Below are positions 13,520 through 24,434 of a stretch of DNA of 64,000 nt, one piece after another. The translations under genes were made by a program, and so were the position numbers. The notes under the pieces were generated by a model, which worked only from the letters and a program-made list of their open reading frames with translations, ran no database searches and was not told the DNA's origin. The stretch is from Antedon mediterranea. Lineage: Eukaryota > Animalia > Echinodermata. Position 1 is the first letter of the stretch. Each line of letters starts with the position of its first letter. The DNA lies in the NCBI RefSeq assembly GCF_964355755.1, contig NC_092674.1, positions 13,206,001-13,270,000 of the forward strand. Reading direction: 5' to 3'.

Positions 13520-16215
13520 ACAAGACAAAATGGCGCATGCACTATCTGAACCCACGCGTTCAGTCGATGTCAAATAAAATGGACGAACTTAGAGCGAACG
13601 CGAAATACTTTCGTGAATTCCGTGATGCCAGTATAATGTCATTCACTGAAACATGGTTGCAGGATAGGCATGATGATTCTCATATCGAAATTAATGGTTT
13701 TAAAATACTTAGGGAGACAGAACATGTGAATCAGGAAAGAAAAGGGGTGGTGGTATCTGTATTTACGTCAACGAAAGATATTGTCACCAAAATAACGCAG
13801 TCGTGAAGAAGCACAGATGCTCACCAAATTGTGAAATTCTTGTTGTAAGCGTACGCCCCTATTATATACCCAGGGAATTTTCACACGTTGTCATTGTTAC
13901 TGTATATATTCCCAGAACAAATCTGGTCAAGTATATTAGACCTTTGCTACACAACCGTGAAAAACGCATATCTTTCAACCCAGTGGCCGTGCTTGGGAGA
14001 TCATTTTTTAATCGTACTAAACTCGAAATACATTCCATTAGTTAAACGAGAGAAGCCAAGGACTATTAAAGTAAAGAAATGGACAGCGGAAGCAACGGAA
14101 CGCTACAAGATGCATTTGATGATACGGACTGGGAGATGTTTATTAATAACGCTAATGATCTGAATGAACTTACGGACACAGTGTCTGAATATATAAACTT
14201 TTTTAGTGATATGCTTATCCCAACTAAAAAGGTTAAAGTGTTTGCGAATAATAAACTGTGGATAACCAAAGATGTGAAAATTATTATTAACCGGAAACAG
14301 AAAGCATTTGCTGAAGGTAATAAAGCGAAATTAAAAGAGGTCCAAAAAGAATTAAAATGTGCAATACGTAAAGAAAAATACAAGTTTAAAAATAAGGTTG
14401 AAAAGAAGTTCACGGAAAATAACATGAAAGAGGTGTGGCAAGGAATGAGGTTAATGAGTGGACATATAAATAATAAACAAAAATCTGTATCGCTACCAAA
14501 AATTGACAAAGAATATGCAAATTAATTAAATATATTTTTCAATCGTTTTAACAAATATGATTTTTCAAAAGAAATTAAGGAACGGAAGTGTCAGCTTGAA
14601 TCAAATATAAATGACATAAAAATTGATACAAATGAGGGTGAAGTATATAAGTATTTTATAAATTTGAATGCTAAGAAAGCTCCCGGGCCCGATAAACTGA
14701 AACCAAATATTTTAAAATCATGTGCAATGCAGTTATCGTATATTTTCTCAATTATTTTTAATTTGTGTTTCACAACTAGTTTACTTCCAGAAACATGGAA
14801 ACAATCATCTATTCCTATTCCAAAAAGCCGTGTTATTAAAGTATATGAATGATCTCAGGCCAGTTGCCTTAACATCAGTTGTAGGTAAAATATGTGAGAA
14901 AATTGTTTTAAAATGCTTAAAAGCAATAGTCACTACGCATACTGATCCCATGCAATTTGCATACAGAAGTGCTCGGAGCACCGAAGATGCGATTGTCGTT
15001 AAACTTGAAAGGCTGTATCATCATTTAGATAAAACAAAGGTTGGAAATTCAGCCCGTGTTATGTATTACGACTTCTCCTCTGCGTTTAACACTATTCAAC
15101 CCAATTTACTAGTAGATAAGCTGTGTAAGATGGCCATTCCCTTTAATTTGATTCTTTTTATTCTGAATTTTCTAACAAACAGAAAGCAGTATGTGAAGCT
15201 TAGCCCAACAGTATGTTCTGATGTTAGTGTTTCCAATACAGGTGCGCCACAAGGCACTGTATTAGCCCCTTTTTTGTTTACCTTGTATACAAGTGATTAT
15301 AGATCTAAATATGATTCTTGCCCAGTTGTACGATTTGCCGACGATACGGCAATGATTGGCTTGATTCAGAAGGACGATTGCACTTCATATTTAAATCAGA
15401 TTAATAATTTTGTAAAATATAGTTATGATAACTTTTTAGAATTGAATGTTGAAAAAACAAAGGAAATTATTATAGATTTTAGAAAGAAAACGAATAAATG
15501 TGATCTAGTTGACATAATGGGTAGACAAGTTCAGAGGGTGGAAACATATAAATATCTGTGGGTTGTATTTAACAATAAATTGACGTGGAGTAACCACTTG
15601 GATCTTGTTATGAAGAAAGTAAATACTAGAATGTACTGTTTAAGACAACTAAACAAGTTCAGTGTAAATTATAATATTTTGATTACATTCTATCAGGCTA
15701 TTATTGTTGGGGTTTGGAAATATTGTATTGCAGGGTGGGGTGGAAATGTTACAGAGGGAGATAAGGGTAGAATTGATCGTGTGGTAAGAAGGGTTGAGAG
15801 GATGTCTGGTTTGTGTCAGCAGTCGGTGGATTCAGTTTATTGCGAGAACCTGGACAGGCTTTTTGGGATGGTGTTGAGGGATGAAAGTCATCCTGTGAAT
15901 TCCGATTCAGGCAGTCTCAGGAGTGCTCGCAGTGGAAGATTGCGATCCGCGGCTGCTGACACAAACCGATATCTTTTCTCCTTTCTGCCCACAGGTATCA
16001 GGAGACATCAGCGACATACATCCAGAAGAGCACCATGAAATAATATGTAATAATATGTTCTTGTTGTGAGTTTTTAATATTGGTATTGTTATGTTATTTT
16101 ATATATTGTAATTGTGATGTATTTGAAGACGAGCAATGTAATTTTCTCCTTGGGAACGAATAAAGACGCATGTCAATTTCTTGTTATGCATTTTATTTTA
16201 TTTTATTTTATTCAA
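13520..16215 (+). mobile_element. Rex1/Babar-clade LINE (APE endonuclease + RT), degenerate, in an integrin intron
   Basis: Frameshifted endonuclease pieces (VQSMSNKMDEL, FTETWL, RPYYIPREFSHVVIVTVYIP); RT reading frame ~14846-16038 with DLRPVALTS, QFAYR, DFSSAFNTIQP, GAPQGTVLAPFLFTLYTSD, FADDTA; polyA signal and (TTTTA)n tail at ~16160-16215. Confidence 0.93.
14722..16038 (+). CDS. Reverse transcriptase domain of the LINE ORF (fragment of a frameshifted ORF2)
   Basis: RT motifs listed above; the first ~40 residues of the called ORF are out-of-frame filler. Confidence 0.85.
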   Translation: MQCSYRIFSQLFLICVSQLVYFQKHGNNHLFLFQKAVLLKYMNDLRPVALTSVVGKICEKIVLKCLKAIVTTHTDPMQFAYRSARSTEDAIVVKLERLYHHLDKTKVGNSARVMYYDFSSAFNTIQPNLLVDKLCKMAIPFNLILFILNFLTNRKQYVKLSPTVCSDVSVSNTGAPQGTVLAPFLFTLYTSDYRSKYDSCPVVRFADDTAMIGLIQKDDCTSYLNQINNFVKYSYDNFLELNVEKTKEIIIDFRKKTNKCDLVDIMGRQVQRVETYKYLWVVFNNKLTWSNHLDLVMKKVNTRMYCLRQLNKFSVNYNILITFYQAIIVGVWKYCIAGWGGNVTEGDKGRIDRVVRRVERMSGLCQQSVDSVYCENLDRLFGMVLRDESHPVNSDSGSLRSARSGRLRSAAADTNRYLFSFLPTGIRRHQRHTSRRAP

Positions 16216-16466
16216 TTTTCAGGCACAACAATACATGACAACACAGCGGTGCAGCACCCTGAGGATTGCCATGAGTGCAAAGCACTATCGAGATGGCTCT
16301 CCATATACTGCACTAGAACATATACACAAGATGCTCTACATAGACAAAGACTTATTATTAAGTCTTTGGGAGTGGAGTTGTAAATTGTCATGAGAAAAAA
16401 AAAAAAAACCCAGGACCCTTAGATTGGTAGCCAAGCATCATAACCACCAAGCCAAGCTCCACTCCC
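16215..16466 (-). mobile_element. tRNA-derived SINE remnant
   Basis: Minus strand begins gggagtggagcttggcttggtggttatgatgcttggctaccaatctaagggtcctgggttt, a tRNA-like head with an A-box and a broken B-box. Confidence 0.5.
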
Positions 16467-19400
16467 TCTCTCCTATTATGCTAAAAAAATGGATCAATAC
16501 AAAGTATGATTGATATACATATTTTACATTTACTTTGTTTATTTTCAGGATTTTCCATCTTTAGGACAGCTTCATGAAAAATTATTATTAAGAAATGTAC
16601 TGTAATTCCGATTTTTGCAGTTAGCAAAATCAAAACAGCGTGACGATCCAGCTCTTTATCAGGTATTGAATATGTTGAATCATGATAGAATACATTCTAG
16701 TATCTTGTGTTAATTCTTTAGAATACTCCACATGCTAGTCCTATTAGTGCATGGTTTTAGTATCTGCTACTTGATCAACTTATATATATATATTGTTATC
16801 TGAAAAATAATGGTTGGATATGCCATTTTAATGTCATGTAATAGTTATTCCATTCAAAAAATTTGGTCGGAAAAAATGATTTACCTACCTGCCACTGCAG
16901 CATCTACCCAGATCAGCATGCTGGGAGATGAACCCTGCTCTTTTTTTTAATAATGTACCAAGTTCTTTAACATGCACTGTACAAGGGGCCAGCGGCTTTA
17001 TGTCCCATCCAGAGTATGAGGTATATTTTAATTTGTATTTCTTTATTTCAACAGGAATTAAGTTGTAAATGAGTTTTTCCCAGGTGGATCTGTGGGAACA
17101 CTAGCTAGTGATTCAAAAAACATTATTGAACTTGTTCGTAGTAGTTATGATGTAAGTTTGGAGTTTTTCATAGCACCTTTATTTTTATTTGAGATTTTTT
17201 CCCAGTAGTTTTTTTTTCACCAATTATTATGTCATTAACACAAAACCAGCTAAGCAAACATTTATGCTGTTTGTGAAACAATTTTTGGATTTATAGGCCT
17301 TTATCGAGTGTAAATAAAATTAGGCCTACATGCCATTAAAACTTCTTGAAAAATTGCTTTTTCTACAGACTTCGATGAATAAAGTACTGACGATTTTAAA
17401 TGATATTGCAATATATTTTTGTTTTGTTTTTATATAGTATTTATATGCATTTTTAATGTTTATACAAATTATATGTTATATGTATGTTATATGTAAATGT
17501 TTTTTATACAATCAGTGCAATAGGAGACTAGATAGTGATTAAGGTCGCTTTTTAGGAATCCTGTCTCTGCCTAGTTTTGTGTGATGTTTTCTTTTCTTTG
17601 TCCATGTTTTTCTATATTGTATTTTTATGGAGACAAAAATAAATGAAATGAAATAAAGTTTGATGTAAATTTAATTTAAATTAAACATTTAACTACATAA
17701 AAAGACTTGACCTCAATTAAAGTAACATTTTTCTTGTTCAAAATTACTTTAATTCTGTAAAAAACATCTTTCACACAGATGTGGAGTTATACACCATGCA
17801 GCGAAAGGATTAATGCACACATTTTGTTAATTGCACATGTTTTATTAGTTATTAGTATCATAATTAATTAAAAAAATTATTTTTATAGAAAATTACATCT
17901 GAGATTCAACTTGTAGACACGGTGACAGCTCCTATTCATGTAACCTACTCAGCCTATTGCGATGGCGAGACATTGACAACAAATTCGCAGAACTGTAGTA
18001 ACATTCGCTTAGAAAATGTCATTACATTTAAACTGTGTTAGCGTTGATGAGTGTACAACAAATCCTTTCTCCTAAGACATGTTTACATTGTTTATTACCA
18101 ATCACAAGTGGAGCATTAACCTTGGTTCATGCGTTGGAACGCTTAAAACAAATGTTTCTGCTGCCCAAGCCTGACTGACCCAATATATTTTGGTCAGCTT
18201 CTTTTTTTATTTGTTTAATTGTAGGAGCATTTAATGAAAAAGCACAAATAAAATTAAAAGGCAATATTATTTTCCCAAAAATTAATTATTTTTAAATCAA
18301 CACTAAGGATTGAAGTAACAAGTAAATTGAAATTGCATTTTCTCTAGAACTACTTGTCCAAAAAACTTCATTTTTGTACAAGAGGCAAGAGTTATAATTT
18401 GTGATTTGTAATTTTAAAACATAATTCGATTTAATGTGCACCTTTTTTTATGCGAGTAGTTTAAAAAACCTATTTCTATTCAAATTCACTCGTTTGATGT
18501 TCGTGTTGCTGTTCTATTGTTAGTCAACTGAAGCTATTTTTAATTTAAAGGCTTGTTACACATAACCTTGCATACACATGCTTGTAGTGAAATTAGCCTA
18601 AATCACAAACAGCATTAAGACACACACAAATATATATACAGTATATATATTTTTCCCGGAGTAATCTTATGTAGGAGAATTTTACAGTAGGCGGAAGTAT
18701 GCACTCGTTATTATTATTTTAAAAATGTCCATTTACTGGATAAATGGTATGATTGATACAAAGTTGAATAATTTCGACTATGCAGTGGTTGAAAAAATAA
18801 GAGCTTTCTTTTAATATTAATAAGTTACAGGATACATGATGTGCTTGAATTTTTATCAAAATATTTAGTTTTTCATTTAAACCTCTCGGATTTGAAGAGA
18901 ACCTAGAAGTTGTCATAATAACAAATTGTGAATGTGAATGTACCAAATCTGTGACACCAAACAGTAAGCTGTGTAGCAATGGTAATGGTTCACTGGTCTG
19001 TGGTATTTGTGAGTGTAATGAAGGCCGGTATGGAGAGGTCTGTGAATGTGATGACACTGGCTCAGATGAAACTGAAACACTTGCAGATAGTTTACCATGT
19101 CAAACGTAAGTTAATTTTTCTAAGGTTTTTTCAACTTCTTTACTTTATTTCCTTTTTGCAAAAGCATAATATACCGCTAACCTAGTTTACTATTGATTAT
19201 TTATCATACATCAAGCATAAAAAAAATATTCCTGTTGAGTGTAGTTTACAATTGTTTAACCATTATTTTCTGAACACATACTGTAAACTATAGAGGGCAG
19301 AAATCATAATTTTGATTTCTTATTTTCAATATCCAATCAATGAAATGATGTATATGCCTATATGTACTTGTATGTTTAAAAAATAATAGTCAAATCCTAT

Positions 19401-19549
19401 TTTCATTTATTTCAATAGAAGTAACTCATCTTTGGTTTGTTCAGGTCAAGGGTCATGCATATGTGCGAAATGTGTGTGTAACAGGCGACAAGTAGGTGAA
19501 ATAATTATATGATTTTATAGTTTTCTTATTGTGGAATATCAGTAGGTCA

Positions 19550-21816
19550 ACTATTACAGTATGTACTGTGAGTAAATTGTCTTGTTATATCGTCTTAAAT
19601 TTGTTGTTTCGGTGATATTTTTGTATCCAGTTGCCTTATTTATACTTTCATTATGTATCTAAGTATAGTTATATCGTGTTTCGAGCTCTGGTTTCTGTTG
19701 GTTTTCGATGGAATTGGTAGTTGTTTGTCGACGGTACCACCTAGGCCGAGTTACCCACCCTGCTACATCACGTATAGCCGCGAGGAGCTCATTCAACTCC
19801 GACCTGCGTTACCCGGCGTGCAACGTAGATCTAGGCCTAGTGCCACTGACACTGACACGTTAGGAGCGCAGATCAAAAACAGGAAACGAAGGAGAAGAGG
19901 TGGTCTTAAAGCTAGACTTAAACGCCGTAAGTTTTCTGCTCCGCTACCCTCTATACTAACAGGGAATGCTCAGTCACTCCGCAATAAACTGGATGAGTTG
20001 AAAGCATGCACCCTTTATCTCAAGGATTATCGTGATGCAAATTTGATATGTATGTCTGAGACATTTTTTACAGATACTGATTCTGAGTTTGATACAAACA
20101 TCGATGGATTCTCATGTGAAAGGTCTGACCGAACACTAGACTCTGGAAAATCCATTGGAGGCGGTGTTTGCGTTTTTGTCAACAGTCTATGGTGCAACAA
20201 TGTTACGGTGAAATATCGGCGGTGTACTACTAACTATGAACTCATTACTGTTTCGCTTCGTCCATTTTATCTTCCTCGCGAGTTCAATAAAATTTTTGTC
20301 ACAGTAGTCTACATCCACCCAAGAGCTGATATGAAAGTAGCTGCATCTGACATTCAAACCATATTAAGTGAACTGGACACAGAATCCCCTGATGCTGTTA
20401 AGTTAGTCACTGGTGACTTTAACTCGTGCGACCTCAAGAAGGTTTCGAATTATTATCAGTACGTAGACTTTCCCACACGCGGTGACAAAATACTTGATTG
20501 TTGTTACGGCAACATAAAGAACGCGTACAAGTCAGGTAAATCTTTAATACCAGCTTATAAACAAAAGTTAAAACAAAGTAAACCAATGGTCAAGGAAATC
20601 AAAGTGTGGACAAATGATAGTATGGAGGAATTTAAAGGATGTCTTGAAGCTACGAATTTGGATGTGTTTATGAATACAGATTCTATTGACGCCACTATGG
20701 AAACAATTGTTGAATACATTATTTTTTGTGAGTCTAGCATCATTAAAAAGAAAGAAATAAACATTTATCCAAATTGTAAACCATGGGTCACTAAGGATAT
20801 CTGAGAACTTTTACAGCAAAAACAACAAGCTGTCCGCAATAATGATGTTATGGAAAAGAAGCGTATTCAGAAGTTAAGGAAAAAGCGAATTAATGATGCC
20901 AAACGCAAATTTGGAGAGAAAATAAAGAATGATTTTGATAGCGGTAACCCCAAGCAAGCATGGAATGGATTAAAGAAAGTTATTGGAAACGCGAAAAGGC
21001 AGAACACAATAATAGTTCCATCCGGATCCCGACCATTGGACTTTGCAAATAAACTAAATATATTTTTTAACAGATTTGATAATGATGACCAAATTAATAA
21101 TACTAATGATAATGATGTTAAACTGAACCTAGAGTTAAATACAACCAAATCTGATGTACCTGAATTTGATCTGCTTTCAGTTGAGAAAGTATTTAAGGGT
21201 GTTAAGCCAAATAAAGCAGCTGGGTCAGATAAACTAACTGGCAATATTTTAAAGTCATGCTATAAACAACTTGCGCCTATCTTTTGTAGATTATTTAACT
21301 GGTCGTTAAGCTCTTCTTGTGTCCCATGCATGTGGAAGTATTCAATAATAGCCCCAATAAATAAAGTACCTAAGCCGAAAATATTAAATGATTATCGTCC
21401 TGTTGCTCTAACCCAAATTATTACAAAGTGCTTTGAGAGGCTATTTAAAGATGTATTGATTAAAGAAACGTTGCCTTTTGTTGATAATAATCAGTTTGCA
21501 TACTGTAGTAATAGAGGTGTCGACGATGCAATAACTACTCTCTTGCATCCAATCTATGAAACTTTGGATAAACCTAGGCAATATGTAAGGACGTTATTTT
21601 TAGATTTTTCTTCGGCTTTCAATTCAATGAAACCAAACATACTTCTTGATAAATTAGTTAGTATGAATGTTAATCCTTTTGTTTGTCTATGGATCAGAGA
21701 TTTCTTGAAAAACAGAACCCAGCGTGTTAGAATTGATAATGTTTTGTCTGATATCATTGTTTCAAACACCGGTGCCCCACAGGGATGCATGCGTGTTATC
21801 TCCATTGTTGTTCACA
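19550..21816 (+). mobile_element. Rex1/Babar-clade LINE, 5' region present, cut off inside RT by a Helitron
   Basis: ORF 19653-20804 (YSREELIQLRP, GNAQSLRNKLDEL, MSETF, GGGVCVFVN, FYLPREF, GDFN) continues in frame through one TGA into 20850-21790 (DYRPVALT, QFAY, DFSSAFN, GAPQGC). A 4-bp ATGC duplication follows, then VLSPLLFT; the sequence stops before the (Y/F)ADD motif. Confidence 0.93.
19653..20804 (+). CDS. LINE apurinic-like endonuclease domain (disrupted ORF)
   Basis: APE motifs GN, ET, GGGV, GDFN, TRG..LD; the SDH motif appears deleted. Confidence 0.8.
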   Translation: MYLSIVISCFELWFLLVFDGIGSCLSTVPPRPSYPPCYITYSREELIQLRPALPGVQRRSRPSATDTDTLGAQIKNRKRRRRGGLKARLKRRKFSAPLPSILTGNAQSLRNKLDELKACTLYLKDYRDANLICMSETFFTDTDSEFDTNIDGFSCERSDRTLDSGKSIGGGVCVFVNSLWCNNVTVKYRRCTTNYELITVSLRPFYLPREFNKIFVTVVYIHPRADMKVAASDIQTILSELDTESPDAVKLVTGDFNSCDLKKVSNYYQYVDFPTRGDKILDCCYGNIKNAYKSGKSLIPAYKQKLKQSKPMVKEIKVWTNDSMEEFKGCLEATNLDVFMNTDSIDATMETIVEYIIFCESSIIKKKEINIYPNCKPWVTKDI

Positions 21817-21827
21817 TCTATATATAA
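20850..21827 (+). CDS. LINE reverse transcriptase N-terminal half (truncated)
   Basis: KAAGSD, YRPVALT, QFAY, DFSSAFN, GAPQG. Confidence 0.8.
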   Translation: MEKKRIQKLRKKRINDAKRKFGEKIKNDFDSGNPKQAWNGLKKVIGNAKRQNTIIVPSGSRPLDFANKLNIFFNRFDNDDQINNTNDNDVKLNLELNTTKSDVPEFDLLSVEKVFKGVKPNKAAGSDKLTGNILKSCYKQLAPIFCRLFNWSLSSSCVPCMWKYSIIAPINKVPKPKILNDYRPVALTQIITKCFERLFKDVLIKETLPFVDNNQFAYCSNRGVDDAITTLLHPIYETLDKPRQYVRTLFLDFSSAFNSMKPNILLDKLVSMNVNPFVCLWIRDFLKNRTQRVRIDNVLSDIIVSNTGAPQGCMRVISIVVHIYI

Positions 21828-24355
21828 ATTTACGTAAGGGCAAAATTCGGTAAATCGCGCCTTACTTCTAGAATTTTCACTCGATGGTATGTAAAGTTGG
21901 TTCGTACTTTCGGTACTGATTTTAACCGCCTGATGTAACCCTGTTTACTAATTAAATTGAGTTAGATAATTAGTTATTGACGATTAAAACGAAATTAGGT
22001 TCAAAGATTTGCCCCAAATAGGGGTGTTTTCCGATCGTGGTATACACTGTCTAATGGATGTCCATCTTGAAAAATACCCGCCAAAAAAATGCGAGGAGGC
22101 TTCGCATTTTTCTATCTCCTCCTACGATAATTGTTTTTAATAGCTGAAAACCGGTTGAACAGCTAGAGTACACCATCATAATGTTGAAGACAGGCCGATT
22201 TTCTTTAAAAAATACTATTTTGATAGATTTAATATACGATTATACAAATGTATTGATTTGCGATGAATGGAACATCCCAATCTCTCAGTCTGCCAGAGTT
22301 TTAACACAAGTACTGTAGGTAAATTTATGAGCCCTTGGTTTAACACATACGGTAGGTAAATATATGGGCCCTTTGAGAATAAACTTGCAATACTTTGACA
22401 ATACTGTAAATACCTATTAACTATTTTTCATTTGAATCGAACATTTCTTACTGTGAATGTTCGTACTGTTAGATGTAATATAAAAATATATACAAATAAA
22501 CTTTATTACTGAGACTGTGGATAGGCTCTACTGTTAGATATACAAATAAACTTTATACTGACAGTTCCTTCTCAACGTTTGTATTAATTAATAATTACCA
22601 AAAATATAAATGTCGTAGTGGTGTATCGTGACATGTACTTTAATATTTCAATCGATTATGACAGTGACAGTTTTAACAAAGTATTAAATCGCAAATGTTT
22701 TAGGCCTACTGTATTTAGAGGTATATTATTTATAGGCCTATAAAACATGAACAAAATATTTCGTTACTCAGTGGATAAAGAATATATTTAAAAATTGTTC
22801 CTCTTTGTACCTATCCGCTTTCCCATCCCTCAACCCTAATGTTACATAGCGAGGAGGCTTCGCATTTTCCTATCTCCTCCTACGATAATTGTTTTTAATA
22901 GCTGAAAACCGGTTGAACAGCTAGAGTACACCATCATAATGTTGAAGACAGGCCGATTTTCTTTTAAAAATACTATTTTGATAGATTGCTAGAGTACACC
23001 ATCATAATGTTGAAGACAGGCCGATTTTCTTTAAAAAATACTATTTTGATAGATTTAATATACGATTATACAAATGTATTGATTTGCGATGAATGGAACA
23101 TCCAGTTTGGTTTAACACAAGTACTGTAGGTAAATTTATGAGCCCTTGGTTTAACACATACGGTAGGTAAATATATGGGCCCTTTGAGAATAAACTTGCA
23201 ATAGGTTCGGAAAATGTTAAAAAACCAATTTCTATTATTCGGTAAACAGTTTCCATTTATTATACATTGATAATGAAACATGAAATATTCCTATTTATGT
23301 CCCTCGAGGTTCATTACAATTTATATTTAGTAGTCCCACGGACTTCATCTCAGCCACTCCCCCGAGTGCTAAGGCCAAATTTATGATACCCTACTTTCTA
23401 TGTAAGTTTAGTTACAGTTAGTTCTTGACGATAATACAACGAATTTAGGTTACACCCTTCGGCCGCGAAAACGTTTCTGTACAAATATGATACCGATTGG
23501 CTTTATTTCATTCAACAGCGACCATAATCTCGCCAATTACAGGATAGATAAACTATTTTATTATTGATGTGCTTATAAATTAAGACTCATGTAAACAGCT
23601 TGATTACATCATTTTACAGACAAACGAAACTTTTTTAAACCTACTGTTTCAATAACTGAGTATAATACTGTATACGTTTTCATAAGTAAGTGCATATACA
23701 TTTTCGTGTTTTCAATGACGAGATTGTAATAGTAACTTCAGTAACTATTACAGTACTTATTTATTATACGACACAAGACAATTGTATCTGACAGGTACGT
23801 ACATTATTCTAAAAAATAAGTCTAGATAGATCCCTTAGGCGTCATAAATCACAGGCCAACAAATCAGTACTCATGACAGAAATTCGACCCAGTTTGGTTC
23901 ACACAAATGTTTACAGGAAGTTCAACACCACAACCGATGATTTGCCCTAAATATTTAGGTAGACTACAGTTTAATTTTTCACTGAATAGGAGCTTGAATT
24001 TCCGATTTCCATTTCGCAGAATGTCTAGGTCTATTTATTTAGTTTGGTTCTTATAATATATAAATACAATCAACTTTATTACTGCGGTTCCATCACCACA
24101 ACCACGTGCCGCCGCCCAATTCCCGTACATACATTTCCATTTCTCCCTAATTTCTTTAATCCACATAAATTAATTGTCCTTTATGGAATCCAGTATTGGT
24201 TTTGTTGTCTCTATTTCTGAATACCCCAATTAGGGGGACACTTCCGTTTTTGTTTAGTGTCCCAAAAAAGTCCCCGTCCGTGGATTCTACTGTATTCGAG
24301 AACCATCTGTGAGCACCCCTAGATGGTACGCGAGCGAAGCGAGCGTGCCATCTAG
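21817..24355 (+). mobile_element. Non-autonomous Helitron, copy 1
   Basis: 5' A|TCTATATATAAATTTACG; 3' hairpin ctagatggtacgc-gagcgaagcga-gcgtgccatCTAG|T; no TSD; internal duplication of ~22091-22390 at ~22849-23200; homologous to three minus-strand copies. Confidence 0.85.
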
Positions 24356-24434
24356 TATATTTAAATTTTATCAATACTGTGACTATTTTTAATAATAATA
24401 ATTGTTTAAATATTTAAATATTGTTTTTTTTAAG

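Larger units (their letters stand above)
11482..19491 (+). pseudogene. Integrin beta subunit gene fragment (beta-I domain, hybrid domain, I-EGF1/2), frameshifted and 3'-truncated
   Basis: GT-AG exons: 11482-11578 (NPCFLEGDFCEQPYGFRNVIPL), 12007-12093 (LDRPEGGLDALMQA), 12399-12483 (IGWRNYSRHFIIYMSDAGFHFALDGK), 13082-13162 (GGLTLPNDGECHL), 16549-16662 (DFPSLGQLHEKL..IPIFAV, frameshifted), 17055-17151 (GSVGTLASDSKNIIELV, frameshifted), 17889-~18070 (frameshifted), 18869-19105 (KPLGFEENL..CECEC..CSNGNGSLVCGICECNEGRYGEVCEC), 19419-19491 (CSGQGSCICAKCVC). No TM/cytoplasmic exons or 5' MIDAS exons were found in the window. Confidence 0.9.

Noticed and set aside
19653-19740. Signal-peptide-like hydrophobic N-terminus of the LINE ORF
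   Set aside because: The true start is uncertain and T-rich leader sequence readily gives hydrophobic residues; no evidence of a separate function.
14066-21805. Minus-strand ORFs at 14066-14509, 20555-20764, 20867-21244 and 21554-21805
   Set aside because: Antisense shadows of LINE coding sequence with no recognisable domains.
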